Of a stretch of 64,000 bases of DNA, positions 9,516 to 18,671 are shown in pieces (position 1 is the first letter of the stretch; each line of letters starts with the position of its first letter). A program made the translations under genes and the position numbers. The DNA comes from Meyerozyma guilliermondii (Eukaryota). The stretch spans positions 992,001 through 1,056,000 of the forward strand of contig CP128816.1 of assembly GCA_051546255.1 (NCBI GenBank). Direction: 5' to 3'. The notes below the pieces were generated by a model, which searched no databases, was not told the origin of the DNA, and was given only the letters and a program-made list of their open reading frames with translations.

Positions 9516-9824
9516 ATGCCTCTGAACGAACAGCTTGAATCGCTCAACAAGCAGCTATGGAACGCTGGAATCATCGGGGCTCTTAGAGGCACGTTGGTGG
9601 GTCTTGTTTCTGGCTTATATCTCAACTACAAGTACAACAATGGTCCCAATGTTCGATTTTTCAATACCCCATACAAGTTTCTATATCTTATCAGTTGGAA
9701 CGTAGCAGGAATAATCTTCACCACGGACATTGCCAAGACGAAACTCAGGCACCAGATTGCAATTGAGGATGAGATTAAGCGTGATACGTTTTTGCAACAA
9801 GAATTGGCGCAATCAAGACGATGA
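9516..9824 (+). CDS. RCF3: Small two-TM mitochondrial protein, Rcf3-like (respiratory supercomplex factor)
   Basis: LNKQLWNAGIIGALRGTLVGLVSGLYL...FLYLISWNVAGIIFTTD...EDEIKR resembles recalled Rcf3 (LTKEITVASCIGAAQGAL...FYHCSWISMGAVFRAD). ATG 9516 chosen as the likely start. Confidence 0.6.
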   Translation: MPLNEQLESLNKQLWNAGIIGALRGTLVGLVSGLYLNYKYNNGPNVRFFNTPYKFLYLISWNVAGIIFTTDIAKTKLRHQIAIEDEIKRDTFLQQELAQSRR

Positions 9825-9857
9825 ACTATGTATGAGAATGAATTAACGATTTACTAT

Positions 9858-11942
9858 TTAAACGTAGAAAGCTTCTTCGTGGAAATTCAACCCGTTTTCG
9901 TTTGCCCATACCTTGACGTTGTTCACGAGTGCTTTGGGTCCGGCCGAAATTACCCATACATCTTTACGGTCTGTGATAGGAACATGGGCTCTGGGAAGAT
10001 CGCGGCAACAAACTACATTGGACCCATCTTTAACGGGACCAGAGCACTGTGTGAAACCCTCGTTGATACACCAATTGTAATATTTGTGGTTTATAGTGGG
10101 CCTGCCCTCGTAGATTTTGTTTTCGATATTCAATCTTTTCACTGTTTCCGAGTAAGTTGAGTGGGCTTGTCTAGTGGAAAATGATGCGCTATGGTTTAAT
10201 GTAGGGGTGAAGTGTTCACTGGTACTTGCATAGCTTGTTCTGCGTCCCAAAGATGTATTTCCTTGATCTTCATGGATGGACAGAGCACTTCCACCATCGT
10301 CATCTTCGTGCTCGGTGACTTCAAGCCCGGTGCATTCTTCATCGTCGTCGGTTTCTTCCATGTCTCCAACTTCGATGTTAACGTCTTCTCGTTCAATTCC
10401 ACTTTCATGTTCGTCGTCTTCATCTTGGTCGAGTAATGGCATCTCTTCATTCTCTTCATCGTAGGTGAACGAGTGATGGACCAGACTTCGGTTCGAGTTA
10501 TTTTCACTTCTTGTGACAAAGATCTCGAAATCGTCGCCGTGAATAAAGCCATCAAAGTGTCGAAGAATGCTGATATCTCGGTAGTCTCTTATCACCCATA
10601 CAACTTTGGTAGGGACTCCATGGTAGTTCATCGTACGCAAAAGTGGTAATGCAAATGAGATAGCTGAGCCACCTATAATTACAAGAACTCTCTTCGCATT
10701 CACCTGGAGCCTAGATAAGAGAAAGTTGTCCTGACCTTTTTTAGGCTTTGTAGAAACAAAGAGAAGATGAGGTTCGAAGGCTCCTGTGAAGATATATCTT
10801 CGTTTTTCCTTGAATTTGAAGTTGCTCTTTCGTACAATTAGACGTTGTGTGGCATCCAGCGGAAGTGATACCAATGTGTAAGGATGGTAGTTTGGCACAA
10901 TTTGCTTGAACGCACGTACCAACCAGTTGGGATGATAATCGGTGCACCTTATGTGTGCTCCGGGCTGAGTGGGAGCGTTCGCTATAAGTTTTCTGGGAAT
11001 TTCAATGAGCAGCATATTGGGAGAAACGTCAATAATTTGAACCTCGCTCGAGTTCTGGGATGTCCTAGAAGCCCTGAGACGATAGACTATCTGTGAGCAC
11101 AATATCGCTATATTGCAGGCAGTATATAAGGTTGCCTTAGTTGGTCGGACATGAAATTGAAGTGTTATAACGATGATCCAGGACCAAGTGTAGTGTTCGA
11201 AAAAAAATACCTTGTAGAACCGATTGCGGAAGCTCAGTAAGGAGGTTATTGTCATCATGATGAAGCCAGTGAATGCTGCCCATCCGTAGAGATTTTCAGG
11301 TTTAATGGCCTTTCCCCAAGTGTGGTTGCGATAAAAAAAACCACAATATAGAATCACATGAAGAACCGTTTGAAGAACTATAAGTCTGGAAAGCCACTTG
11401 TGGATGGGTAAAAGTGCAAGGTACAAAGTATTGGGAAGTGGCGATGGTCTCAAGGTGAGAAAAAGTACCGTTGGAAGACACACGGTTGCAATACGTCCAA
11501 GTCTCTTGGCGAGAAAGATGAGATCACCATGATATAGTTCCGATAACGAAAGAACGGAAAGCACAAAAAGCCAGAAAAACACTTGCACTATGGTCGACCC
11601 GTGCAAATATAATTTAAATGCACCAATACGAATGCTTTCAAGAACAAATCCAACCCAGGTGAGCGTTCGACCTTGATGATCTCGAGGTATAAATCGATTT
11701 ATCCACAGACTAAACCCTCGAAACAAATGCCTACTACGACCACGGAAATATCCATGCCGTATTAACGTATTAGCAAACGGAATGAATAAGAGAAATGCAA
11801 CTAAAAATCCAGTGGTGATTGCTCCATACTTGTCGGTGGTGTTTTGACGGTAATCCTTGTACTGTGGAGATTTCTGATCGGGATAATGGAACTCGAAGTC
11901 TATTAGGTTGTAGAATGACTTGGTAAATTGGGCCACCCTCAT
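9858..11942 (-). CDS. FRE8: Ferric reductase-like transmembrane protein (Fre8/Aim14 family)
   Basis: LAKRLGRI, LLPIHKWLSR, HPYT (FAD), IIGGSAISF (NADPH) and SAGPKALV...FHEEAF motifs, with an acidic insert. Confidence 0.8.
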   Translation of the reverse strand: MRVAQFTKSFYNLIDFEFHYPDQKSPQYKDYRQNTTDKYGAITTGFLVAFLLFIPFANTLIRHGYFRGRSRHLFRGFSLWINRFIPRDHQGRTLTWVGFVLESIRIGAFKLYLHGSTIVQVFFWLFVLSVLSLSELYHGDLIFLAKRLGRIATVCLPTVLFLTLRPSPLPNTLYLALLPIHKWLSRLIVLQTVLHVILYCGFFYRNHTWGKAIKPENLYGWAAFTGFIMMTITSLLSFRNRFYKVFFFEHYTWSWIIVITLQFHVRPTKATLYTACNIAILCSQIVYRLRASRTSQNSSEVQIIDVSPNMLLIEIPRKLIANAPTQPGAHIRCTDYHPNWLVRAFKQIVPNYHPYTLVSLPLDATQRLIVRKSNFKFKEKRRYIFTGAFEPHLLFVSTKPKKGQDNFLLSRLQVNAKRVLVIIGGSAISFALPLLRTMNYHGVPTKVVWVIRDYRDISILRHFDGFIHGDDFEIFVTRSENNSNRSLVHHSFTYDEENEEMPLLDQDEDDEHESGIEREDVNIEVGDMEETDDDEECTGLEVTEHEDDDGGSALSIHEDQGNTSLGRRTSYASTSEHFTPTLNHSASFSTRQAHSTYSETVKRLNIENKIYEGRPTINHKYYNWCINEGFTQCSGPVKDGSNVVCCRDLPRAHVPITDRKDVWVISAGPKALVNNVKVWANENGLNFHEEAFYV

Positions 11943-12047
11943 TGTAATCTATCAACAAGGTTGTATGAAATACTGTGGATCACTCAACACTGATCGAATA
12001 GATAATTTGTATGCAGTCCTATGTGTCCTATATAATGTTCCATACAA

Positions 12048-13106
12048 TTACCTTCTTTTGTCTATACGACCACTTCTGGTTGGTTTTGTGACTTTTTTCT
12101 TTGACTCGATAAAGCCGGATCTTGTTGGTTGTTGTCTTAATTTGGAGAGATTTTTGGAATTTTGTTTGCCCTTTCTCGGCAATACGACTCCAGATCTTGA
12201 TGGGTTTGGGGCATTTTTTGAAAAATCTTTTCTTGATGGTGGTTTTTGAGGAGCAAAATGAGCCACTCCGCGCGAGGGACGAGGTCTGGCTCCGCGTATG
12301 CGATCAAAGTATTTTGCACGTAAATGACGGGGGAGATTCGAACCGCTGAATGCGGTGCCGGTGATATTTGGTACACGCAGTGTTCTTGGTTCTGGGCATT
12401 CGTCACCGTAGTGTACGTCCAGACCACAGTTGTAGCAGTACACCTGAGGAAGCGTGTTTGAAACTGGTGCGTCTGTAGTTCCTGTCAAGTAAGACCGCCA
12501 TATACTTGGACAACGGTCATCTCCGTGACTGAAGGTGTCACATGTTTTACAGTATTGTCTCTTTTTGGCTTTGTTGGTGCATCCGGCAGCCATATGTCCC
12601 TTTTGACCACATCTGGAACACACCATAGTGGTGGGACATTGGGTTTCGTAGTGGTCTCCAACTACACCACATTTATGGCACACCACCGTTTTACATTTGG
12701 CTCTTATGTGACCCCTTCTGTGACAGTTTGCGCAAAGAGGACCGAGGCTCTGGAGAGCGTTGATAGTGTCTCCTGAGGAAGGGTCTGTGACGCCGAAATA
12801 TCGCCCTTCACCACGTAATTCTATAAGCTCATCTGCATCATTATTGACTTGGTCATAGGATAAGGATGTGGTGGGGGCATTGGCGAAGTTTGTTTCTGGC
12901 GTTTCTGTGGGCTTTTTGGGGTCAGGGTTGTTGGAAGCTTGTTTTTCAGAAGTTTGTAAGACGTTATTTGATTTATGTGTTCCATTCTTGGACGGTTCTT
13001 TTGAATTTTTGGAGCCATTTGGAACCTCAGCATGTATAATGGATCGCTCCGGTGGCTTTTCTGTGCTTTTATCACGGCCAGAGGGCTCTGACACTGGTCC
13101 TGGCAT
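12048..13106 (-). CDS. AIR2: TRAMP complex zinc-knuckle protein Air1/Air2
   Basis: LRGEGRYFG, five CCHC knuckles and the CPSIWRSY motif. First ATG at 13106. Confidence 0.88.
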   Translation of the reverse strand: MPGPVSEPSGRDKSTEKPPERSIIHAEVPNGSKNSKEPSKNGTHKSNNVLQTSEKQASNNPDPKKPTETPETNFANAPTTSLSYDQVNNDADELIELRGEGRYFGVTDPSSGDTINALQSLGPLCANCHRRGHIRAKCKTVVCHKCGVVGDHYETQCPTTMVCSRCGQKGHMAAGCTNKAKKRQYCKTCDTFSHGDDRCPSIWRSYLTGTTDAPVSNTLPQVYCYNCGLDVHYGDECPEPRTLRVPNITGTAFSGSNLPRHLRAKYFDRIRGARPRPSRGVAHFAPQKPPSRKDFSKNAPNPSRSGVVLPRKGKQNSKNLSKLRQQPTRSGFIESKKKVTKPTRSGRIDKRR

Positions 13107-13289
13107 CGGTTTGGTGGATGGTGACAATGAAGATTTGAGTTCGCGAAACGCACGATGAGATGTATGGTGGGATGGGTAGAGACCAAAAAAAAATCAGATA
13201 AGAAAATAGGATAAGAAAATAAAATAAGAAATATTGACTACATTGAACAGCTAGAATGTGGGATTTTCTGATCAGACTCGTTATTCATA

Positions 13290-13808
13290 CTACAAAACAT
13301 TTCTCACAACGTGCTCTCCCACCTGGGCCTCTAATGAGCCCTGTTCACCTGCAACATTGAACGATGTCTTCAAGTACTCTTGGTGCTTGATAGCAGCCAA
13401 TGCGTAGCATGCGCTCGCCAAAGCGAAAAATACGGCAACCACAATCAAGCTGGTGGTCTGAAGAGTGAGTGACAACCATTGAATTACACTCATCAACAAG
13501 TAGAACCCGCATCTTGGCCAGTTTTCATCAAAGTTTTTAATGAAGCTGGTGAACTTGTCTGTCAATGGGCAGATTCTCAAGAGGAACGGAACCTCCACAA
13601 ACACCACTACAAGGCCCTGGACAATACATATGATGGAAAAAATGATCACCAAGGAAGCATGGAAGATGTTGGCGATTCCGAGAGCCAAACATAAGATGAT
13701 GGTAAAAAGGCCAATCCATTGTCCATACAAGGAGAAGTTTTTCTTTTTAAAGTCTGCGGAAAAGCCGCCGAAGACGTTGCTCATTACCGTCAGGATACTC
13801 AATGCCAT
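13290..13808 (-). CDS. TVP18: Golgi membrane protein Tvp18
   Basis: KKNFSLYGQWIG...CLALGIANIFH...FVEVPFLLRICP motif; 172 aa. Confidence 0.93.
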   Translation of the reverse strand: MALSILTVMSNVFGGFSADFKKKNFSLYGQWIGLFTIILCLALGIANIFHASLVIIFSIICIVQGLVVVFVEVPFLLRICPLTDKFTSFIKNFDENWPRCGFYLLMSVIQWLSLTLQTTSLIVVAVFFALASACYALAAIKHQEYLKTSFNVAGEQGSLEAQVGEHVVRNVL

Positions 13809-14160
13809 GATATGGAGTAATTGCCGTGACTTGTTATAAACGCAATCGGGTGCTGCGAAGGAGTGTGCAGGAACGAGCTAGGCGAAGAATACGAAGATGG
13901 TGCAAATGTTAGGGTTGACGAAAATGTATGGTGAATGTGAATGGATCTAGAAGATTCGGGTTAATTGGGTTCTCGAAAATAGTTTTTTGATTTTTTGCAA
14001 GTTTTTCATATTTCGTTCTTCGTTTTTTTGAAAGCATCTCAAATTTGCAGCAATGAGATAGCAGTGAGCTAATTGGAAATGTAAGAGTAGTATATATACG
14101 AAATATCCAAAAACAAAATATGATTCTGTTGTTGTTCTCTTCTTCAGAGCATAACTTCTA

Positions 14161-14227
14161 CTCCATTATACTTCTCCATTATACCTCTCCATTCTGCTCT
14201 CCATTATACCTCTCCATTCTGCTCTCC
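14161..14227. repeat. Degenerate 12-13-nt tandem repeat CTCCATT(ATAC/CTG)
   Basis: Five CTCCATT cores just upstream of the GTPase ATG. Confidence 0.75.
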
Positions 14228-14263
14228 TGCATCGTATCTCATCTCTCATTTCTTCTTTTCTTT

Positions 14264-15499
14264 ATGGCCAGAGAAACTGTCATAGCCCTCGTTGGCAAAC
14301 CGTCGTCTGGAAAATCCACCACTTTGAATGCTCTCACAGATGCAAATGCAAAGGTAGGGGCTTTTCCTTTTACCACAATCGATCCTAACAAGGCTACTGG
14401 GTACTTGGAGGTGGAGTGTGCTTGTTCCAGATTTGGAAAACAAAAGTTATGCAAACCCAATTATGGATATTGTCGTAATGGTAAGAGAGGTGTGCCTGTA
14501 ATGCTTCTAGATGTAGCTGGGTTGGTTCCTAATGCCCATTTGGGAAGAGGTTTGGGTAACAAATTTTTGGGTGATTTGACAGAAGCCGATTGTTTGATCC
14601 ATATTGTAGATGCCAGTGGAACCACCGATGCTGAAGGAAAGGCAACCAGGGGCTATGATCCCATCAATGATATCGAATGGTTACAGGATGAGATTTTTCG
14701 CTGGATTTTGGGCAATCTAATGGAGAGATGGGGGTCGGTGGTGAGAAGACATGTAGCCACCAAGTCGACTGCGTTGGAGACTTTGAGAGCCCAGCTCGGT
14801 GGATACTCGGCAAATAGTCAGCTTATAGCTAGGGCACTAGACCTGCTTCCTGGCTTGCCTCCTTTACAAGATTGGGACAATGCTACGGTTGAAAAAGTGG
14901 TTAGAGCATTTATGGAAACCAAGTTTCCTACTGTTCTTGCTCTCAACAAGATGGACCATCCTGATGCCGATAAAAACGTTTCGAAAATCATCCTCAAGTA
15001 TCCCAAGCAAAAAGCTGTGCTCACATCCTCCATCACTGAGGTGCTTCTTAGAAAGTTGGCAAACCAGAACTATATCCAGTATGATCTGGGAACGGAATTT
15101 GTAGATACCATTGAGGATTTGGGACCTGAAAGTGGCTTGAAACCCATGGACGAAAAACTCAAGAACCGGATCGAGAATATTAGAGACTTGGTACTCTATC
15201 GTTTTGGCTCCACAGGGGTGGTTCAGCTATTGCAGGCAGCAGCTGACGTGCTTGAGCTAGTACCAGTATTCCCTGTTCGCAACATGAACAATTTTACTGG
15301 AGGTTCTGGAGACAATGTATTCAGAGACTGTGTGTTGGTGAAAAGAGGTACTCCTGTCATCAACGTTGCAAGAAAAATCATGGGAGATGTTACAATTGCA
15401 CTGATAGAAGGTGTAGGAGGCATGCGAGTAGGTGAGGAAGATTTAGTTGACCGAGGCAAAAATGATATTTTGAGCTTCAAGTTGGTGCCTGGGCATTAG
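14264..15499 (+). CDS. OBG/YchF-family GTPase (YGR210C-like)
   Basis: G1 [10 protein letters not shown]2 [10 protein letters not shown]3 [16 protein letters not shown] and G4 NKMD. Start ATG 14264. Confidence 0.9.
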   Translation: MARETVIALVGKPSSGKSTTLNALTDANAKVGAFPFTTIDPNKATGYLEVECACSRFGKQKLCKPNYGYCRNGKRGVPVMLLDVAGLVPNAHLGRGLGNKFLGDLTEADCLIHIVDASGTTDAEGKATRGYDPINDIEWLQDEIFRWILGNLMERWGSVVRRHVATKSTALETLRAQLGGYSANSQLIARALDLLPGLPPLQDWDNATVEKVVRAFMETKFPTVLALNKMDHPDADKNVSKIILKYPKQKAVLTSSITEVLLRKLANQNYIQYDLGTEFVDTIEDLGPESGLKPMDEKLKNRIENIRDLVLYRFGSTGVVQLLQAAADVLELVPVFPVRNMNNFTGGSGDNVFRDCVLVKRGTPVINVARKIMGDVTIALIEGVGGMRVGEEDLVDRGKNDILSFKLVPGH

Positions 15500-15645
15500 T
15501 GTATAAAGGTTATAGAGAGCATAGAGCATAGACCCCAATGGTGTAAACTAGAGAATTTAATTAGAGCGACTGTGTATAGACTTCTGGCTTATCGCATTTC
15601 CGATCGGAGATCACAGGATAACTGCGAAATCTTTGGCGCACTGTA

Positions 15646-16656
15646 ATGTCAGAACCCATTGAAAAGCCCGTTGAAAAACCTGGTGTAGAACCAGTTTCTG
15701 ATGTCAAGGATACAGATCCAGCTAAAAAAGACCAGCCTGTATTGGTATCCACTACAAAACTCACCAAAACTCAGCTGGAAACATTGAAAAAGCTCATTGA
15801 TGAGTTACCCCAAATTCTCGAAGAAACAGGTGATTCTTCGTATGACGAGATATATGGATACCGCATCAACAAGAGTGGTTTGGAGCATGTTCATGATGAG
15901 ATTCGTAATGAAATTGTGTTGAAATTTTTGATTGCCGAAGAGTACAAGTTTGAAGAAGCAAGAACCAGGTTGATTAATACCTTCAAATGGCGTAAAAAGT
16001 TCCAGCCATTGCTGGCTGCGTACAGCGAGACGTTTGACAAAGAATTGGACGATTTGGGAGTCATTACCAAGTACGATGGTACCAATGAAAATTTGCATGT
16101 GGTGACTTGGAACTTGTATGGAAACTTGAAGTCGCCGAAAAAGTTGTTTCAGAAATTCGGTCAAGACGACAAAGCAGAAAAAGAAGGATCTCCATTCCTC
16201 AGGTGGAGAATTGGACTCATGGAGCGTGCTTTGCTGTTGATAGACTTCACTGACAAGTCGAACTCAAAGATAGCCCAAGTCCATGATTACAATAATGTTT
16301 CCATGTTTCGCATGGATCCAGGAATGAAGGCTGCTACCAAAGAAATCATCAAGATCTTTGGTGATAATTATCCTGAGCTCTTGTCCACAAAGTTCTTTAT
16401 TAATGTGCCCACGATCATGAGCTGGGTGTTCACCTTTTTCAGAACAATTGGCCTCGTGAGTGAAGATACATGGAAGAAGTTTCAGGTCCTTAACAGTGGC
16501 AATCTTGCGACATGGTTTGGTGAAAAAAATTTGCCAAAAGCTTATAATGGGCTGAACGACTCTACAGTGGAGCTGTTATTTGCTTCTGAAGCGAAAACAG
16601 AAGCCCCGGAATATGCCAAAATAATGATACATAAAGCTGCGCTTGACATAGACTAA
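15646..16656 (+). CDS. SFH5: Phosphatidylinositol transfer protein Sfh5 (CRAL-TRIO)
   Basis: YDEIYGY, VVTWNLYG, FLRWRIGLME, QVHDYNNVS and NYPELLSTKFFINVP. Confidence 0.93.
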   Translation: MSEPIEKPVEKPGVEPVSDVKDTDPAKKDQPVLVSTTKLTKTQLETLKKLIDELPQILEETGDSSYDEIYGYRINKSGLEHVHDEIRNEIVLKFLIAEEYKFEEARTRLINTFKWRKKFQPLLAAYSETFDKELDDLGVITKYDGTNENLHVVTWNLYGNLKSPKKLFQKFGQDDKAEKEGSPFLRWRIGLMERALLLIDFTDKSNSKIAQVHDYNNVSMFRMDPGMKAATKEIIKIFGDNYPELLSTKFFINVPTIMSWVFTFFRTIGLVSEDTWKKFQVLNSGNLATWFGEKNLPKAYNGLNDSTVELLFASEAKTEAPEYAKIMIHKAALDID

Positions 16657-16830
16657 ACGATGTACAGCCTATATGACCTAATCTACATACTTATATTCTC
16701 ATCCTTGTTTGATTATCCTTGTCTTTATCTTCTGTCATTACATAATTTGTAGTGAGCTTTTCGCTTTTCGCAGCTAATCGCGAAAATACATCTATTTACG
16801 TTGTGATCCATTACTTTTTGCCGCTTAGCC

Positions 16831-18414
16831 ATGTCGGCCGTGCAAGATTACTACCAAACGTTGGGACTTAGACACGGAGCCAGTGATGAAGATATTAAAA
16901 AAGCCTTCAAAAAACTTGCTATTAAGTACCATCCCGATAAAACTGATGATAAACAACACCATGCCATGTTCATCAAGATCAACGAAGCATACGAAACATT
17001 GAAAGGACCCGATACACGACGAGAATACGATAAAACACACGGATTCTCCTCGAGTTATACTGCTGCTCCATCTTATACACCTTTTGCTACACAGAACACA
17101 ACCTCATCCACATCATCTACTTTCACATATTCATACGGCAGTTCATTCCGTGATAGTTATTATGGGATGTACCAGCATTACTACCGCAGTCCCTTCTCCA
17201 ACATATTTGCCAGGGCAAGGCCAGATAATCAGGAACAGGAAAAGAAGAAGAAACCATTTGATAGTCGGTACAAAAGCGAACTAGAAGAGTTCAATGAACG
17301 ACTCCGTCGTGCACGGAAGGACAACTATAACCAGCATTCAAACGTCAGCAATCCCGGCGAAGGCACAACCACTGATGAATCTGAAGAGAAGGAGTATGCT
17401 GACAGGAAACATGAAGAGATGCGACGCCAATGGGAGTCACCGTTCCGTCAATATGACCCCGACAAAGTGGATCAAGAATTTGTCAAGACCAGCCGCAATG
17501 GACACCACGAGTCTCCCACGCCGACGAACAAAGGCGAGGACAAAAGTGACCCCATTGTTGTCGAAGAAGCATCTGGCGAATCCGAGGATGAATTTGTGAC
17601 CGTGGTGGAGGATTTGGATGAAACCAATCCCCCTTCAGCCAAACCTTCGCCCTTGTTTCAGGCTCGTACAACTCTGCACTCGCCAGAGAAACCGTCTACC
17701 CAGTTCAAAACGAATGCTCGTACAAGTTTCATGAGAAATGACCCTCCGAAACGACCCAAAACAGGTGGCTTTGAATTTGACGATCTCAAGAGCAGTTTAG
17801 GAACGAACATCAATGATGTAGATCTCAATGAGATCCTCGATAGCCTACCAGATCAAAAGCGTCAACGAAGCACGAGCGGTCAGCAGACCGGTCTTGACAC
17901 TAAGCGACCCAAATACGAATACCTTGATGGGACGAGCAAAGCTGATACACTCCACAAACCTGTCAACAAGAAAACATATAGCAGTTTTCTGGCTGCGTCA
18001 CAAGAGCCCAAGACTGGTCTGTCACAGGAGCCCTTGACAATGCTTGATCTTCATGCCTCAGACAAAATCCACCAATACGAACCACCAGTGCCTCCAAATG
18101 TCATCGTTGAACCTCAAATGACCAAAGAGACTTGGGAGATATACGTATCAGACATACAGAAATACGAGCGCCAGTTCCTCGACTATAAGCAGCACATTGT
18201 GCAATATCAATTTGAGAGGTCCAAGAAGGATGCACAGTATTACGAAGTCATTAACAGCCAGACCCAAAGCTTTGAAACTTATCAGCAATGCTTGAATCAA
18301 GACGTTGAAGTCCTCCAAAAGTACTTGGACCTGCTACGCATATACACCACAACTATGGAAGTTTACAAACAGAATTGCAAATGGATGCAACTGCGACAGG
18401 TTCAGGAAGAGTAA
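16831..18414 (+). CDS. JJJ2: J-domain protein (Jjj2-like)
   Basis: N-terminal J domain DYYQTLGL...KYHPDK...INEAYETL, a long disordered middle and a C-terminal helical region. Confidence 0.7.
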   Translation: MSAVQDYYQTLGLRHGASDEDIKKAFKKLAIKYHPDKTDDKQHHAMFIKINEAYETLKGPDTRREYDKTHGFSSSYTAAPSYTPFATQNTTSSTSSTFTYSYGSSFRDSYYGMYQHYYRSPFSNIFARARPDNQEQEKKKKPFDSRYKSELEEFNERLRRARKDNYNQHSNVSNPGEGTTTDESEEKEYADRKHEEMRRQWESPFRQYDPDKVDQEFVKTSRNGHHESPTPTNKGEDKSDPIVVEEASGESEDEFVTVVEDLDETNPPSAKPSPLFQARTTLHSPEKPSTQFKTNARTSFMRNDPPKRPKTGGFEFDDLKSSLGTNINDVDLNEILDSLPDQKRQRSTSGQQTGLDTKRPKYEYLDGTSKADTLHKPVNKKTYSSFLAASQEPKTGLSQEPLTMLDLHASDKIHQYEPPVPPNVIVEPQMTKETWEIYVSDIQKYERQFLDYKQHIVQYQFERSKKDAQYYEVINSQTQSFETYQQCLNQDVEVLQKYLDLLRIYTTTMEVYKQNCKWMQLRQVQEE

Positions 18415-18491
18415 TGCTCAAAATGAACCATAACATCCAAGTCATAAAACAAAGTCATAAAGCACAACATATCATCAAACAGCCTTAATAG

Positions 18492-18570
18492 GTGATCTCT
18501 GCAATATTTGTGATCTCTACAATATTAGTGATCTCTGCAGTTCTACACAAATATTAATAAATCTCTGCAT
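18492..18570. repeat. 18-nt imperfect tandem repeat GTGATCTCTRCAATATTW (about 3-4 copies)
   Basis: gtgatctctgcaatattt gtgatctctacaatatta gtgatctctgcagttct ... atctctgca, between JJJ2 and MCD4. Confidence 0.75.
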
Positions 18571-18671
18571 ACATCTCAATCTCATCATAACCACCAAGTC
18601 TCCACGTGAACGCGACGCGATATAACTTCCACGAGCACTTTATTCAACTTCCATTCTTCCCCTTCTCGACC

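Noticed and set aside
18492..18570. Repeat-like array as a possible CRISPR
   Set aside because: Eukaryotic context, directly abutting 18-nt units with no unique spacers and no cas genes.
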